DNA from: a virus
Lineage: Duplodnaviria > Caudoviricetes
Strand: one strand, 5' to 3'
Length of the DNA: 53,113 bases
IMG/VR virus record: IMGVR_UViG_3300045283_000190
Location: 1-53,113 of that record
In this document: positions 8,161 to 16,513 of the stretch, piece after piece
How the letters are laid out: each line of letters starts with the position of its first letter
Position numbering within the stretch: the first letter of the stretch is position 1
Notes under the pieces: generated by a model
Seen by the model: the letters and a program-made list of their open reading frames with translations, nothing else
Told to the model about the DNA's origin: nothing
The model's database searches: none
Program-made: the position numbers and the translations under genes

Positions 8161-8384
8161 GCGTCGTGACTGTCGTTGTCATAAGCGGCGAGCGCCGTCT
8201 TGAGCGAAGCGCGCGCCACGTGCGGCGTCATGCAGCTGATCACGCTGGTGATGCCGCTGTCCTCGACGACGCATACCGCCGTCGTCACGACGCTAAACTC
8301 GCGGGCGAGCCGCTCCATCAACGGGGCAAGCTCGCGGGTCAGCATCGCGTCGAGCTCTTGATGACTTTGGGGAACATCGGTCAT
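8157..8384 (-). CDS. Hypothetical protein
   Basis: MTDVPQSHQELDAMLTRELAPL..., coupled to its neighbours. Confidence 0.5.
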   Translation of the reverse strand: MTDVPQSHQELDAMLTRELAPLMERLAREFSVVTTAVCVVEDSGITSVISCMTPHVARASLKTALAAYDNDSHDA

Positions 8385-8650
8385 TTTGCTACATCCTGCA
8401 TGAGCTTTTCGATATGGAGCTGGAGCCACGCGCAGCGGATGCGCAGCCCGAGGTCGAGCGCGAGCACGGACAGCCAGGAATACAGGGTTGCGTCACCGAA
8501 GCGGGTGGACAGAAAACCGCCCACGCACAGCGACAAAAGCAGCGCCACGCCGAGGTCGATGTACGGCCGAAGGCGGCCCACCAGGTACGCCCACTCGCTC
8601 AGCACGATCAGCCGCGCGATCTTGCGAGCAAGCTTGCGCTGGCGCCTCAC
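8381..8650 (-). CDS. Membrane protein
   Basis: Basic N-terminus then hydrophobic segments; start uncertain (GTG about 8650). Confidence 0.45.
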   Translation of the reverse strand: MRRQRKLARKIARLIVLSEWAYLVGRLRPYIDLGVALLLSLCVGGFLSTRFGDATLYSWLSVLALDLGLRIRCAWLQLHIEKLMQDVAK

Positions 8651-9141
8651 GGGCGGCCCATCGGACCGCGCGCCAAGACGGCCAGGTCGTCGCGCACGTC
8701 GTAGCGTCGGTGGGTTTCGCAATGGCACTTATGACAGAGCCACGTGACCTTGAGCGGCTTGCTGTAGTCTTCGTGGTGCGCATGCAGCTTTATCCCCTTG
8801 CGGCGGCAGCCGCTGCACGCTTTGGGCGGCTTGATGTCTCCGCGTCGAACCGCGCACTGAACGGCGAGATGGGCGCGGCGCCTGTCGGGATGGCGCGCTC
8901 GGTACGCGCGTGAGCCACGCCGTTGTGCTTCATCCGAGGCGGTGCCTCGATAACCGTGGTGCGCATACCGAACGCGGTCGTAGGCTCGATAATAGTCGAG
9001 CTTCGCGGTGCGGTTTGAGAACACGTCCGCACGCGTGCAGTCCTTGCACTTGTTGAGGTGGCCGTCGGCCATCTCACTGTGCTTGTAGAACTCGCCAAGC
9101 GGCTGCGTCGTGTGGCACTTGAAGCACGCCTTCGAGTCCAT
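8647..9141 (-). CDS. Zn-finger/HNH endonuclease-like protein
   Basis: KACFKC....L.EFYK...MADG.LNKCKDC ... CSGC...HAHHEDYSKPL.V.WLC.KCH...H. Confidence 0.8.
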   Translation of the reverse strand: MDSKACFKCHTTQPLGEFYKHSEMADGHLNKCKDCTRADVFSNRTAKLDYYRAYDRVRYAHHGYRGTASDEAQRRGSRAYRARHPDRRRAHLAVQCAVRRGDIKPPKACSGCRRKGIKLHAHHEDYSKPLKVTWLCHKCHCETHRRYDVRDDLAVLARGPMGRP

Positions 9142-9183
9142 TTTACACCACCAGTACTGATTACAAAGTACGACAAATACACA

Positions 9184-9648
9184 CTAAAAAGGTATCGAGT
9201 CGTCGTCATCGAAGGGGGGCGCCTCGTCGCGCGTGTAGGGCTGGCCGTAGCCCTTGCCAGTGCTGGCGCCGCTGCCGCGGCTCTCGCGGTGCTCGGCAGA
9301 GCGCTCGGTGTGCGCGCCGTCGCGCGCCTCAAGGGGGAACACACGCGTTGCTACCAGCTCGACCTGCGTCTTCCTGGTGCCGTCACGCGCCTCGTACTCG
9401 CGGACACCGAGCTCGCCCACCGCTTCGACGAGCGAGCCCTTCGCGAGGCGCTCAGAGAGCCATTGCCCGTTCGCGCCGAACAAGGTCACATCGGTCCAAA
9501 CGGGCGGCTGGTCCACCCACTTGCCTTCCTTGTCCTTGATGCGGCGCTGGGCCACCGCGACGCTCAGGTTGAGCACCAGCGTCCCGCTTGGCAGCGTACG
9601 CAGCTTGGGGTCATGACCGAGCCGACCCGTTATCGCCCACACATTCAC
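9184..9648 (-). CDS. ssb: Single-stranded DNA-binding protein
   Basis: N...TGRLG.DP.LR..., KG..V...G.L..R.Y...DG, acidic C-terminus DDDDSIPF. Confidence 0.95.
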   Translation of the reverse strand: MNVWAITGRLGHDPKLRTLPSGTLVLNLSVAVAQRRIKDKEGKWVDQPPVWTDVTLFGANGQWLSERLAKGSLVEAVGELGVREYEARDGTRKTQVELVATRVFPLEARDGAHTERSAEHRESRGSGASTGKGYGQPYTRDEAPPFDDDDSIPF

Positions 9649-10355
9649 AGTGCACCACCTTGTTCTGCTGCGTTTTGTGCTTGTAGTGCAGCTTCGGCTT
9701 CCTCGGCTTCACGCACGCGCGCGATGGCCGCGCGAAGCTCGACACTGAGTTCTTCGATCTGACGCTCGAGCAGGCGCGGCTTGAGGCGGCTCGCCTCCTC
9801 GCGGAGAGAGCTGACGCGCGCTGCGGTGTTGGCGTCAGGCGCGCGAAGCGCCTTGAGCAGCAAGCTGTAGGCTGCGTCGGTGGCGTTGCGTTCGCGGTCG
9901 TGCGACGGCTGCGCCTGCTGGTGCTGCTGGTGCTGCTGCGCACGCCGGTCGTGCTCGTCGTGCTCCGGGTCCTCCTCGGAGCTGCCCGCGAGGGCGAGCA
10001 CGCGAAGGAAGGCCGTGCGGTCGAGCGACGTGGAGGCGACGAAGGCGGCCTTATCGTTCGCCTGCGTGGTCGCGAGGTAGCTTAGGTCCAGCGACTCGCC
10101 TGACGCGTGCAGGAGGCGGAAGTTCCCGCGCCACAAGAGCGCCTGCACCTTGCCACCAGGGACCTCGCCGACGTACTCGACGCTGGTCTGTACGAGAGAC
10201 AGGCCGTTGCCGTGCAGTGCCTCGCGCGCGCCACTGACCATCACGTGCTCGTGGCCGACGTACGGATAGCGCTGGTGTTGGTTGGTTCCGCCCTTGTGGA
10301 CGGTCCCGCGCATCACGCCGCGTGCGGTCGCCAAAGCCTTCGCGAGCTCGCTCAT
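9645..10355 (-). CDS. ERF-family ssDNA annealing protein
   Basis: MSELAKAL..A......K.G.N....Y.Y...L...GL...L.H.SGE...DKA...A.T...R......EDPE pattern. Confidence 0.75.
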   Translation of the reverse strand: MSELAKALATARGVMRGTVHKGGTNQHQRYPYVGHEHVMVSGAREALHGNGLSLVQTSVEYVGEVPGGKVQALLWRGNFRLLHASGESLDLSYLATTQANDKAAFVASTSLDRTAFLRVLALAGSSEEDPEHDEHDRRAQQHQQHQQAQPSHDRERNATDAAYSLLLKALRAPDANTAARVSSLREEASRLKPRLLERQIEELSVELRAAIARVREAEEAEAALQAQNAAEQGGAL

Positions 10356-10825
10356 CGGATCACCAGCCTGGTTCCGCGTGTGATGGAAACGCCGCATGGG
10401 ATTTCCCCAGTGGCTTTGAAGTGCGCCAGGATCGCGCTCTTGCTGACCTCGACCTTGGTGCGAAGGAACGCGGCTTCGATCTGAGACTCGTCGTCGACCT
10501 CGACGCGCTCAGGGCCTTCCCCGAGGGTGACCGAGAAGGTTCCTGCCTTGATCTTCGTGATGCCGCTGCCTTCCATCGTGCTGCGCACGTAGGAGCGGAT
10601 GCGCTCGGCGTTCGCGTCGGCCGCGCGCTTGCGGTCCGTGAGGCGCTTGATCTCGCTCGCGTAGGCTTCCGCTTCCGCGTCGATGTTTCGGAGCACGTAC
10701 ACCACGCCTTCGGCTTTGCGGGCGAGCTCGCCGTCGAGTGTGGCAAGCGCGCTCGAGACGTCTTCGCCTGACTCGGCGAGGTCCGCGAGATCGCGGTAGG
10801 CGGAGGGGATTTCGTAGAGGCGCAT
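10352..10825 (-). CDS. Siphovirus Gp157-family (Mu Gam-like) protein
   Basis: M.LYEI...Y..L...KAE......N........EIKRL..RK...M...GI.KIK...F.V......K..I....K..GEIP.GV.I.....L.IR. Confidence 0.9.
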   Translation of the reverse strand: MRLYEIPSAYRDLADLAESGEDVSSALATLDGELARKAEGVVYVLRNIDAEAEAYASEIKRLTDRKRAADANAERIRSYVRSTMEGSGITKIKAGTFSVTLGEGPERVEVDDESQIEAAFLRTKVEVSKSAILAHFKATGEIPCGVSITRGTRLVIR

Positions 10826-11235
10826 TAGACGGCCTCACGGAGGGTTTGGAGGCTCGCGTGCGCGCTGCAGGCGAGCAGCGCCTGGCCGAGGTCGGGCAGC
10901 CGTCCGAGCGGCTCGTAGGACTGGCGCTCGCCGACGTACACCGCGTGCGCGGTCCCGTCGTTCTCGACGTCGACCAGGTAGCGCCCGTGCATGCGCAGCT
11001 CCCACGAGGTCGCACGCCACGAGCAGCCGCGCGGCACGCGCACCCGATGCGTCTCGGCGTGACGCGCGCACAGAAGCAGCGCCTCGCCGATGCTCTCCGC
11101 GAGCCCGAGACGCGTGCGCACTTCGCGCTCGAAATACTGGGCCTTGCAGAGACCGTCAGGCTCGACGGACGCCTCGTAATATGCGCTCGGCGCCACATCG
11201 AGGGTCCACGAGATCACACGCCACTCACTGTCCAT
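10825..11235 (-). CDS. Hypothetical protein with internal two-fold repeat
   Basis: AAGGAGG RBS; two copies of SW.L...Y...VE.DG...A.Y...LG...G.ALL.C..HA. Confidence 0.65.
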   Translation of the reverse strand: MDSEWRVISWTLDVAPSAYYEASVEPDGLCKAQYFEREVRTRLGLAESIGEALLLCARHAETHRVRVPRGCSWRATSWELRMHGRYLVDVENDGTAHAVYVGERQSYEPLGRLPDLGQALLACSAHASLQTLREAV

Positions 11236-11255
11236 CACATCCTCCTTCTGCCTGC

Positions 11256-11432
11256 TCACCACGCGATGTCCTCGCCCTCGTGCAGCCGCACCAAGGCGTG
11301 CAGCAGCTCCCCACAACCACACCCGCAGCGCGGCCCCACGTCGTCGACGCGGTCGACGTCGTCGACGCAATCGGGCTCGTCTGGGCGTCCCGTGAGCAGC
11401 TCAACGTGGTTATCGGGGTGCAGAAAGTACAT
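11256..11432 (-). CDS. Small acidic/Cys protein, first gene of the leftward arm
   Basis: MYFLHPDNHVELL...CGCGCGE. Confidence 0.4.
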   Translation of the reverse strand: MYFLHPDNHVELLTGRPDEPDCVDDVDRVDDVGPRCGCGCGELLHALVRLHEGEDIAW

Positions 11433-11450
11433 CGCGTTTACCTGCGACCA

Positions 11451-11471
11451 ACTAAGCATAGAGCGCCTAGT
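11451..11471. promoter_or_regulatory. Candidate operator overlapping the leftward promoter
   Basis: ACTAAGC-N7-GCCTAGT imperfect palindrome; contains a minus-strand -10-like TATGCT. Confidence 0.45.
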
Positions 11472-11693
11472 TACGCAACAGGGAAGCACGGTCGGCTTGA
11501 CGTGCGCGCGCGCACGCGCGCGTGCGAAAACCGCAGGCGTCCTTGCACTTTTGCGATCAGCACGCGCGCGGTGGCGTAGGCTGGGCCACGTTTGTGAGGC
11601 TACGCCTGACGTGGCGCGCGTTTTGTAGGGCGCTGCCCGGCACAAAGCCTTGTCAGGCTCGGCCGGTGCGCGCGTCCAGTTGCGAAAGAGCGG

Positions 11694-12134
11694 TCAGCGC
11701 CAGGGGGAGACGATGGGCAGCCGGCACTGGTAGAGCTCCCGCAGGTCGTGGTGCGAGAACGAGACGAACAGGCGCGTCGTCTTGTGCGCGAGCTCGGCGA
11801 GCGCGACGGGCTCGGCGTGCAGGATGCGTGCGGGCGTGTGCGCAACCCAGCGCATGTCCTCGCGGGGCTGCAGGTCCACGACGAGCATGTGGGCGGACTG
11901 CGCGGCCGCCTTCAGCAGCAGCCGCTCCCAGCGCGCGTACCGCTGCTGGCGCGCGCGGCGCGCGCGGCGCGCGCGCGAGTCGTTGCGCGCCGCTTGCATC
12001 GCCTCGAGCATGGCGTGCACCTGGGCGTCGCTCGCGCCGGCTAGGAGCTCAGGATCGTCGCACAGGGTGCGGAACAACACGCACGCGGTTGCCGCCTCGG
12101 GCGGTAGGCGTTTCTGCCGCTCCCCCAGCGTCAC
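11694..12134 (-). CDS. Hypothetical protein co-transcribed with the repressor
   Basis: ORF immediately downstream of, and overlapping, the XRE repressor; start uncertain. Confidence 0.4.
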   Translation of the reverse strand: MTLGERQKRLPPEAATACVLFRTLCDDPELLAGASDAQVHAMLEAMQAARNDSRARRARRARQQRYARWERLLLKAAAQSAHMLVVDLQPREDMRWVAHTPARILHAEPVALAELAHKTTRLFVSFSHHDLRELYQCRLPIVSPWR

Positions 12135-12681
12135 CTGACGTGCTTCGTCGGTCGACTGCATCAGGCGACGAAACACGCAATCGTGCCGTCTCGTCAATGA
12201 CGCCCGCGATGCGGTCGATCGCTTCCATGCTCAGGTCATCCCCGCCGAGGTACTCCCAGAACCCGCGGTCGCGCTGCAACAGCCGCAGCCACACCTCGGG
12301 CAAGAACTCCCTCTGGAGAGGATTTTTTGTCACATATTCTCGTACCGCGAAGGGAACGTCTGACTCGCGCAATGCCCGCATGATCTTCGCGTCATGCTGG
12401 TCTTCGCTGGACACCTTGTCGCCGTCCCCGGATTGGAGATAGGCGTGGCTCACGCCGAACAGCTCGGCGTAGGCGTGCAGCGTGGCGGCGCTGGGTTTTG
12501 CCCGACCTGTTTCGTGGCGGCTCACGATGCTCGTGTGGATGCCGATTTTTTCGGCGAGCTGATCTTGATTGAGCCAGGCACGCACGCGTAGCGCCCGCAG
12601 GCGTGCCCCGAACTCGTCGTCGACGAAAGAGGGAGCCGCTCTACGGCGCCCATCGTGCAAATCGACGGGTCGCTTGGCCAT
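12049..12681 (-). CDS. XRE-family HTH repressor (CI-like)
   Basis: FGARLRALR....LNQ.QLAEKIGI....VSRHETGR.KPS...L...AELFGVS..YL; divergent from a second XRE gene. Confidence 0.88.
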   Translation of the reverse strand: MAKRPVDLHDGRRRAAPSFVDDEFGARLRALRVRAWLNQDQLAEKIGIHTSIVSRHETGRAKPSAATLHAYAELFGVSHAYLQSGDGDKVSSEDQHDAKIMRALRESDVPFAVREYVTKNPLQREFLPEVWLRLLQRDRGFWEYLGGDDLSMEAIDRIAGVIDETARLRVSSPDAVDRRSTSGDAGGAAETPTARGGNRVRVVPHPVRRS

Positions 12682-12773
12682 GTCGCGGCCAAGGGTAACA
12701 GGCGACCCGCCCCCGTGTGCAAAAGACGGCAGCCCGCGCGCGGCTGCAAAAAGGTCCGGGGTCTGACTCCCTG

Positions 12774-12802
12774 TGGACACAAATAGGCGCTCCTGGTACA
12801 TT
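12774..12802 (+). promoter_or_regulatory. Sigma70-like rightward promoter (PR-like)
   Basis: TGGACA-17 bp-TACATT just upstream of the cro ATG at 12816. Confidence 0.6.
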
Positions 12803-12815
12803 GCGATTCCCTCCC

Positions 12816-13088
12816 ATGACCGTTGACGAACAGTGCGGGAATCGCATCCGGCAGGCAAGGCACCTTGCAGGGCTTACCGCTCGGCAGCTGGCCGAAAAGA
12901 TTGGGCGTTCCCCCACGACGGTATTTCGCTGGGAATGGGGCGTGAGGCTGCCCACGCGGCAGGGCATCGTGGCGTGCGCCGAGGCGCTCGACGTCCCGAG
13001 CGCCTGGCTGTTGTGCGGCTTGCGCGGGCTTCCGCGCGACCTGCGTGAACAGGCCCAGCGCCTCGAGCGCGCGGGGCGTGCGCTGTGA
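12816..13088 (+). CDS. XRE-family HTH (Cro-like)
   Basis: GNRIRQAR...GLT..QLAEKIG.S..TV.RWE.G.R.P.......A.AL.V..AWLLCG. Confidence 0.88.
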   Translation: MTVDEQCGNRIRQARHLAGLTARQLAEKIGRSPTTVFRWEWGVRLPTRQGIVACAEALDVPSAWLLCGLRGLPRDLREQAQRLERAGRAL

Positions 13089-15073
13089 TGCGCGACGCCC
13101 ACTCCCGGCTGCTCGAGCGCGTGCTGTCGCAGCTGAAGGGGGTGAGACGCGAGGGCAACCACCACAAGGCCTGCTGCCCGGCGCACACCGACAGCACCCC
13201 GTCGCTGTCGGTGCGCCTGGGGGACCGGGGGGTGCTGCTGCGCTGCTTCGCCGGCTGCACGCATCAGGACGTGGTCGCGGCGCTCGGGATGCGGGTCGAG
13301 GAGCTGTTTTTTGACTACGACCCCGAGCGTAAGTTCGAGCGGCCGGTCGAGCAGGCGGACCCCACGCACGAGCTCGGGCTGACGCTCGCGGCGTTCGCGG
13401 AGCACAAGGGGCTCGACCCCGAGCTGTGCGACCGGCTCGGGCTGCGCGACGCCATGATAGCGGGTCGACGCGTGGTCACGTTCGCCTACCCGCTGCGTGA
13501 TGGCACAAGCGCGCGACTGCGCATTCGCGCGACGCTCACGGGCGAGAAGCGTTTTCGGTGGGAGGGTGGTGACATCGAGGTCGCGGCCTACGAGCCGGAC
13601 CTCGGAGCGCTCGCCCGTGCGCGCAAGTACGTCTGCATCGTCGAGGGGGAGAGCGACGCGCTGACCCTGCTGACGCACGGCATCCCGGCGATCGGCCTTC
13701 CGGGCGCGGACACGGCGCGCTTGCTTCAGCCGCACCACGTCGAAGGTGTCGAGCGAGCGTTCGTCTTTCGCGAGCCGGACAAGGGCGGCGACAGCTTCGC
13801 CCGCAACGTGCCGGCGGCGCTCGAGCGCATCGGCTTCACCGGCAAGATGCCTGTCGTGCGCATGCCGGAAGGCACCAAGGACGCGAGCGCGCTGTACCTG
13901 AGCAACCGCGAGGGCTTCGTGCGTGCGCTCGAGAAGCTGCTCGAGAAGGCTGACCCGCCACGCAGTAAGTCGCTCGAAGTGCTGTTCTCGATGCAGGCGG
14001 TCGAGCGCGCCGAGCTGCGCTCAGGCTTCGCGCAGCTGGACCGAGCGTTCGACGACGGCGGGCTTCCGCTCGGCAAGCTGTGCGTGCTGGTCGGTGGTCC
14101 GGGCAGTCGCAAGACCGGGCTCGGCGTGCACTTTGCGGACGTGTTCAGCCGCCAGGGTGCCGCGGTGATGTTCATGTGCGCCGATGAAGACCGGCACAAC
14201 ATCGTCTCGCGGCTCGGTCAGCGCATGGGCTTTCATCGGCGGGGCCTGCGCGACATGGATGAGATCGGCGACGCGACGCGCGCCGAGGCTGGCCGTCAGG
14301 AGGCCGCGCTCGATCGCATCCTGCACCTGGCGGAGCTCGGCGACCCCGAGGACGCGCAGACCATCGAGGATGCGTACACGGAGCTGATGAGCATCGGCAA
14401 GGGTCGTCCGCGCGTGTTGATCGTCGACTCGCTGCAGGCGTGCCGCAGCGAGGCTGCGGAGGCGCTCGACCGACCGGACCCACGCGTCGCGGTCGACGCC
14501 AAGGTGCGGGCGCTGCGGCTGATCAAGCAGACCGGCGTGTTGGTCATCGTGATCAGCGAGACGCGGCGCAGTTTCTACGGTGGGGGCAAGCCCATCACGA
14601 AGGATGACGTTCTGAGCGCCGCGAAAGAGTCGGGCGGCGTGGAGTTCGGCGCGGATCTGATCGCCGGCATGGTGCGGGACAAGGTCGATGAGAATCTGGT
14701 CGAGCTCTTGGTGGCCAAGTGCCGCTTTGGCCAAGAGGCTCGCTTCTCGCTCCGCTGGGACCGACGCTACGCCACGCTCACCGAGCTCGAGCCGGAAGCC
14801 GAGGCGCGCGCGCGCCAGGACCGCGAGGACAAGACCTCGCACGACGAGCGGCGCGAGAGCCTGCGCGAGGCGGTCTACGAGCTGGTCGAGCGCCGGCCCG
14901 GACTGACCCGCACCCAGCTTCGAGCAGTCCTCAAGAAGGGACGCGTCGCCGTCAATGAGGCCATCGACGAGCTGTCCGCAGAGGGGCGCATCGTCGAGCA
15001 GAAGAACGGCAACGGAGCCCGTTCCCCCATCTACACGCAGGATGCACTTCTCCGTCAGGAGCGTGGCGAATGA
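13088..15073 (+). CDS. Primase-helicase (Zn-binding + TOPRIM + DnaB/RepA-like SF4 ATPase + C-terminal winged helix)
   Basis: CCPAH.D..PSLS...CFAGC; IVEGESDAL...EPD.GG; SGF..LD...GL..G.L.VL.GGPGSRKT; LIVDSLQ; SGG.EF.AD; VAKCRFG. Confidence 0.9.
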   Translation: MRDAHSRLLERVLSQLKGVRREGNHHKACCPAHTDSTPSLSVRLGDRGVLLRCFAGCTHQDVVAALGMRVEELFFDYDPERKFERPVEQADPTHELGLTLAAFAEHKGLDPELCDRLGLRDAMIAGRRVVTFAYPLRDGTSARLRIRATLTGEKRFRWEGGDIEVAAYEPDLGALARARKYVCIVEGESDALTLLTHGIPAIGLPGADTARLLQPHHVEGVERAFVFREPDKGGDSFARNVPAALERIGFTGKMPVVRMPEGTKDASALYLSNREGFVRALEKLLEKADPPRSKSLEVLFSMQAVERAELRSGFAQLDRAFDDGGLPLGKLCVLVGGPGSRKTGLGVHFADVFSRQGAAVMFMCADEDRHNIVSRLGQRMGFHRRGLRDMDEIGDATRAEAGRQEAALDRILHLAELGDPEDAQTIEDAYTELMSIGKGRPRVLIVDSLQACRSEAAEALDRPDPRVAVDAKVRALRLIKQTGVLVIVISETRRSFYGGGKPITKDDVLSAAKESGGVEFGADLIAGMVRDKVDENLVELLVAKCRFGQEARFSLRWDRRYATLTELEPEAEARARQDREDKTSHDERRESLREAVYELVERRPGLTRTQLRAVLKKGRVAVNEAIDELSAEGRIVEQKNGNGARSPIYTQDALLRQERGE

Positions 15074-15093
15074 TTAGCCCTAGCCGCCACGCG

Positions 15094-15310
15094 AACCTTG
15101 CCCGGAACCTTGCCCGGAACCTTGCCCGGACCTCGGGCAAGGTACCTTGCCTGACCCCTCGGGCAAGGTTTGGGGCAAGGTTCCGCGCCTATAACACGTG
15201 CGCGCGCGCGCTCTTATTCTCTAGTGTAAGACCTTGCCTTGGCGCCCCCGTGAGGGGGGCGCAGGCAAGGTCTCAGAGGCAAGGTTCCGGGCAAGGTTCC
15301 GGGCAAGGTT
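15094..15310. repeat. Iterated palindromic region, probable lytic replication origin
   Basis: Perfect 33-bp inverted arms at 15094-15126 and 15278-15310 built of AACCTTGCCCGG units. 12 CCTTGCC/GGCAAGG cores, with an AT-rich centre at about 15211-15230. Confidence 0.8.
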
Positions 15311-15347
15311 GCATTCCCCGCCACGCCACCGCCCCCGAGGTCCGGCC

Positions 15348-15953
15348 ATGCCCCTGAGCTTCCGCGAGGCGCGGGCCGTGCTGCTCGGTGGCCGCGAGGG
15401 TCCCGGCTACGTGCTGGGCATCGACCAGGCCACCAGCAGCGGCTGGGCCGTGGTCGACCTGCAGACGCTGCGCTGCGTGAGGTCTGGCCAGGTGCGCGGG
15501 CATCTCGAGCAGGAGCACGCTCTCGCGGAGCTCGCCGAGACGCCGGGGCTGTGCTGGCCGAGTGTGCTGGTGGTGCTCGAGGATCACCGGCACATCCCAG
15601 CGAGCGACGGCATCCCGACGCGGAGCCTGCTGACGCTCGGGGAAGCGCGCGGTCGTTGGCTCGCGCTGCTGAGTCAGCGAGGCCAGCCAGAAGGCGCACG
15701 CATCCTCGCGGAGCCTTCGGTCTGGCGCCGCATGCTGGGCACCACCGCGAGGCTTCCCCGCAAGGCCTGGAAGGCGCAGGCGGTGGCCTGGGCCAAGGCG
15801 CACACGGGCCGCGACGTGCGCAGCGACGACGAAGCCGAAGCCGTGGTGATCGCGCTCTGGGGCGCCACGCAGGGCCTGGTGAAGTGGGCGAGTGAACGCC
15901 GCGAAGTGGCACCGAAGAAGCGGCTGATGAAGCCGCGGAGGAGAAGCGCATGA
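15348..15953 (+). CDS. RuvC-like Holliday junction resolvase
   Basis: VLGIDQATSSGWAVV, VVLED, PSVWR...K, DDEAEA acidic motifs. Confidence 0.82.
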   Translation: MPLSFREARAVLLGGREGPGYVLGIDQATSSGWAVVDLQTLRCVRSGQVRGHLEQEHALAELAETPGLCWPSVLVVLEDHRHIPASDGIPTRSLLTLGEARGRWLALLSQRGQPEGARILAEPSVWRRMLGTTARLPRKAWKAQAVAWAKAHTGRDVRSDDEAEAVVIALWGATQGLVKWASERREVAPKKRLMKPRRRSA

Positions 15954-16258
15954 GCGAGTGGGATCAAACCGTGCCGACAGAGCCCCCTGGGGAGCCCGTA
16001 GAGCCTCTGGAGCCGACCCAGCCACCGGCGGAGCCTCTGGAGGGCGAGAGCGGCTCTGAGGGGCCTCGCAAGCGCCGGCGCGGGCCGGTCTCGCTCGAGG
16101 AGCAGCTGGGCGTGCTGCTCGACCGCAAGGAGCGCGAGCTCGACAAGCTCAAGGGGCGCGAGGCCGCGCTCCTTGAGGCGCTCGACAAGGTCAGAGACGC
16201 GCGCGTGTGCGCCGAGGCGGACCTTGGGCGGCTGCTCGCGGTCCGCTCTAGCGGCTAG
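15950..16258 (+). CDS. Hypothetical protein with Pro/Glu-rich N-terminus and coiled coil
   Basis: GGAGG RBS and ATGA coupling. Confidence 0.6.
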   Translation: MSEWDQTVPTEPPGEPVEPLEPTQPPAEPLEGESGSEGPRKRRRGPVSLEEQLGVLLDRKERELDKLKGREAALLEALDKVRDARVCAEADLGRLLAVRSSG

Positions 16259-16301
16259 GCACGCACGCTCACGAGGGGACCTGACGGGGGGCTGAGGGGC
16301 C

Positions 16302-16493
16302 ATGTCTGACGATCTGCTGATGACTGGGAAAGACGTCGCCGCGAGGGCGCGCGTGAATCTGAGCACCTTCTATCGCTGGTGCCGGCGCGGCATCGGCCCG
16401 CGCTCGATCCGCATCGGCGGCACGACCCGCTACCGCACCAGCGAGGTCGAGCGCTGGCTAGAGACCGATCACCTACGCACCACCAAGCGCTGA
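16302..16493 (+). CDS. AlpA/excisionase-like HTH protein
   Basis: LMT.KDVA....V..ST.YRW...G.GP..IRIGG..RYR.SEVE.WL. Confidence 0.88.
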   Translation: MSDDLLMTGKDVAARARVNLSTFYRWCRRGIGPRSIRIGGTTRYRTSEVERWLETDHLRTTKR

Positions 16494-16513
16494 CAGAGAG
16501 AGGAACCGTCCCC

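Noticed and set aside
11475-11693. tRNA or known structured ncRNA in the intergenic region
   Set aside because: No cloverleaf or T-loop signature seen. An Infernal/Rfam search would be needed to exclude a novel RNA.
15094-15310. CRISPR mini-array
   Set aside because: The repeats are short, adjacent and inverted, with no unique spacers of regular length and no cas genes.
15070-15357. 95-aa ORF with NLARNLARNLAR repeats
   Set aside because: A by-product of the 12-bp iterons; the symmetry is at the DNA level.
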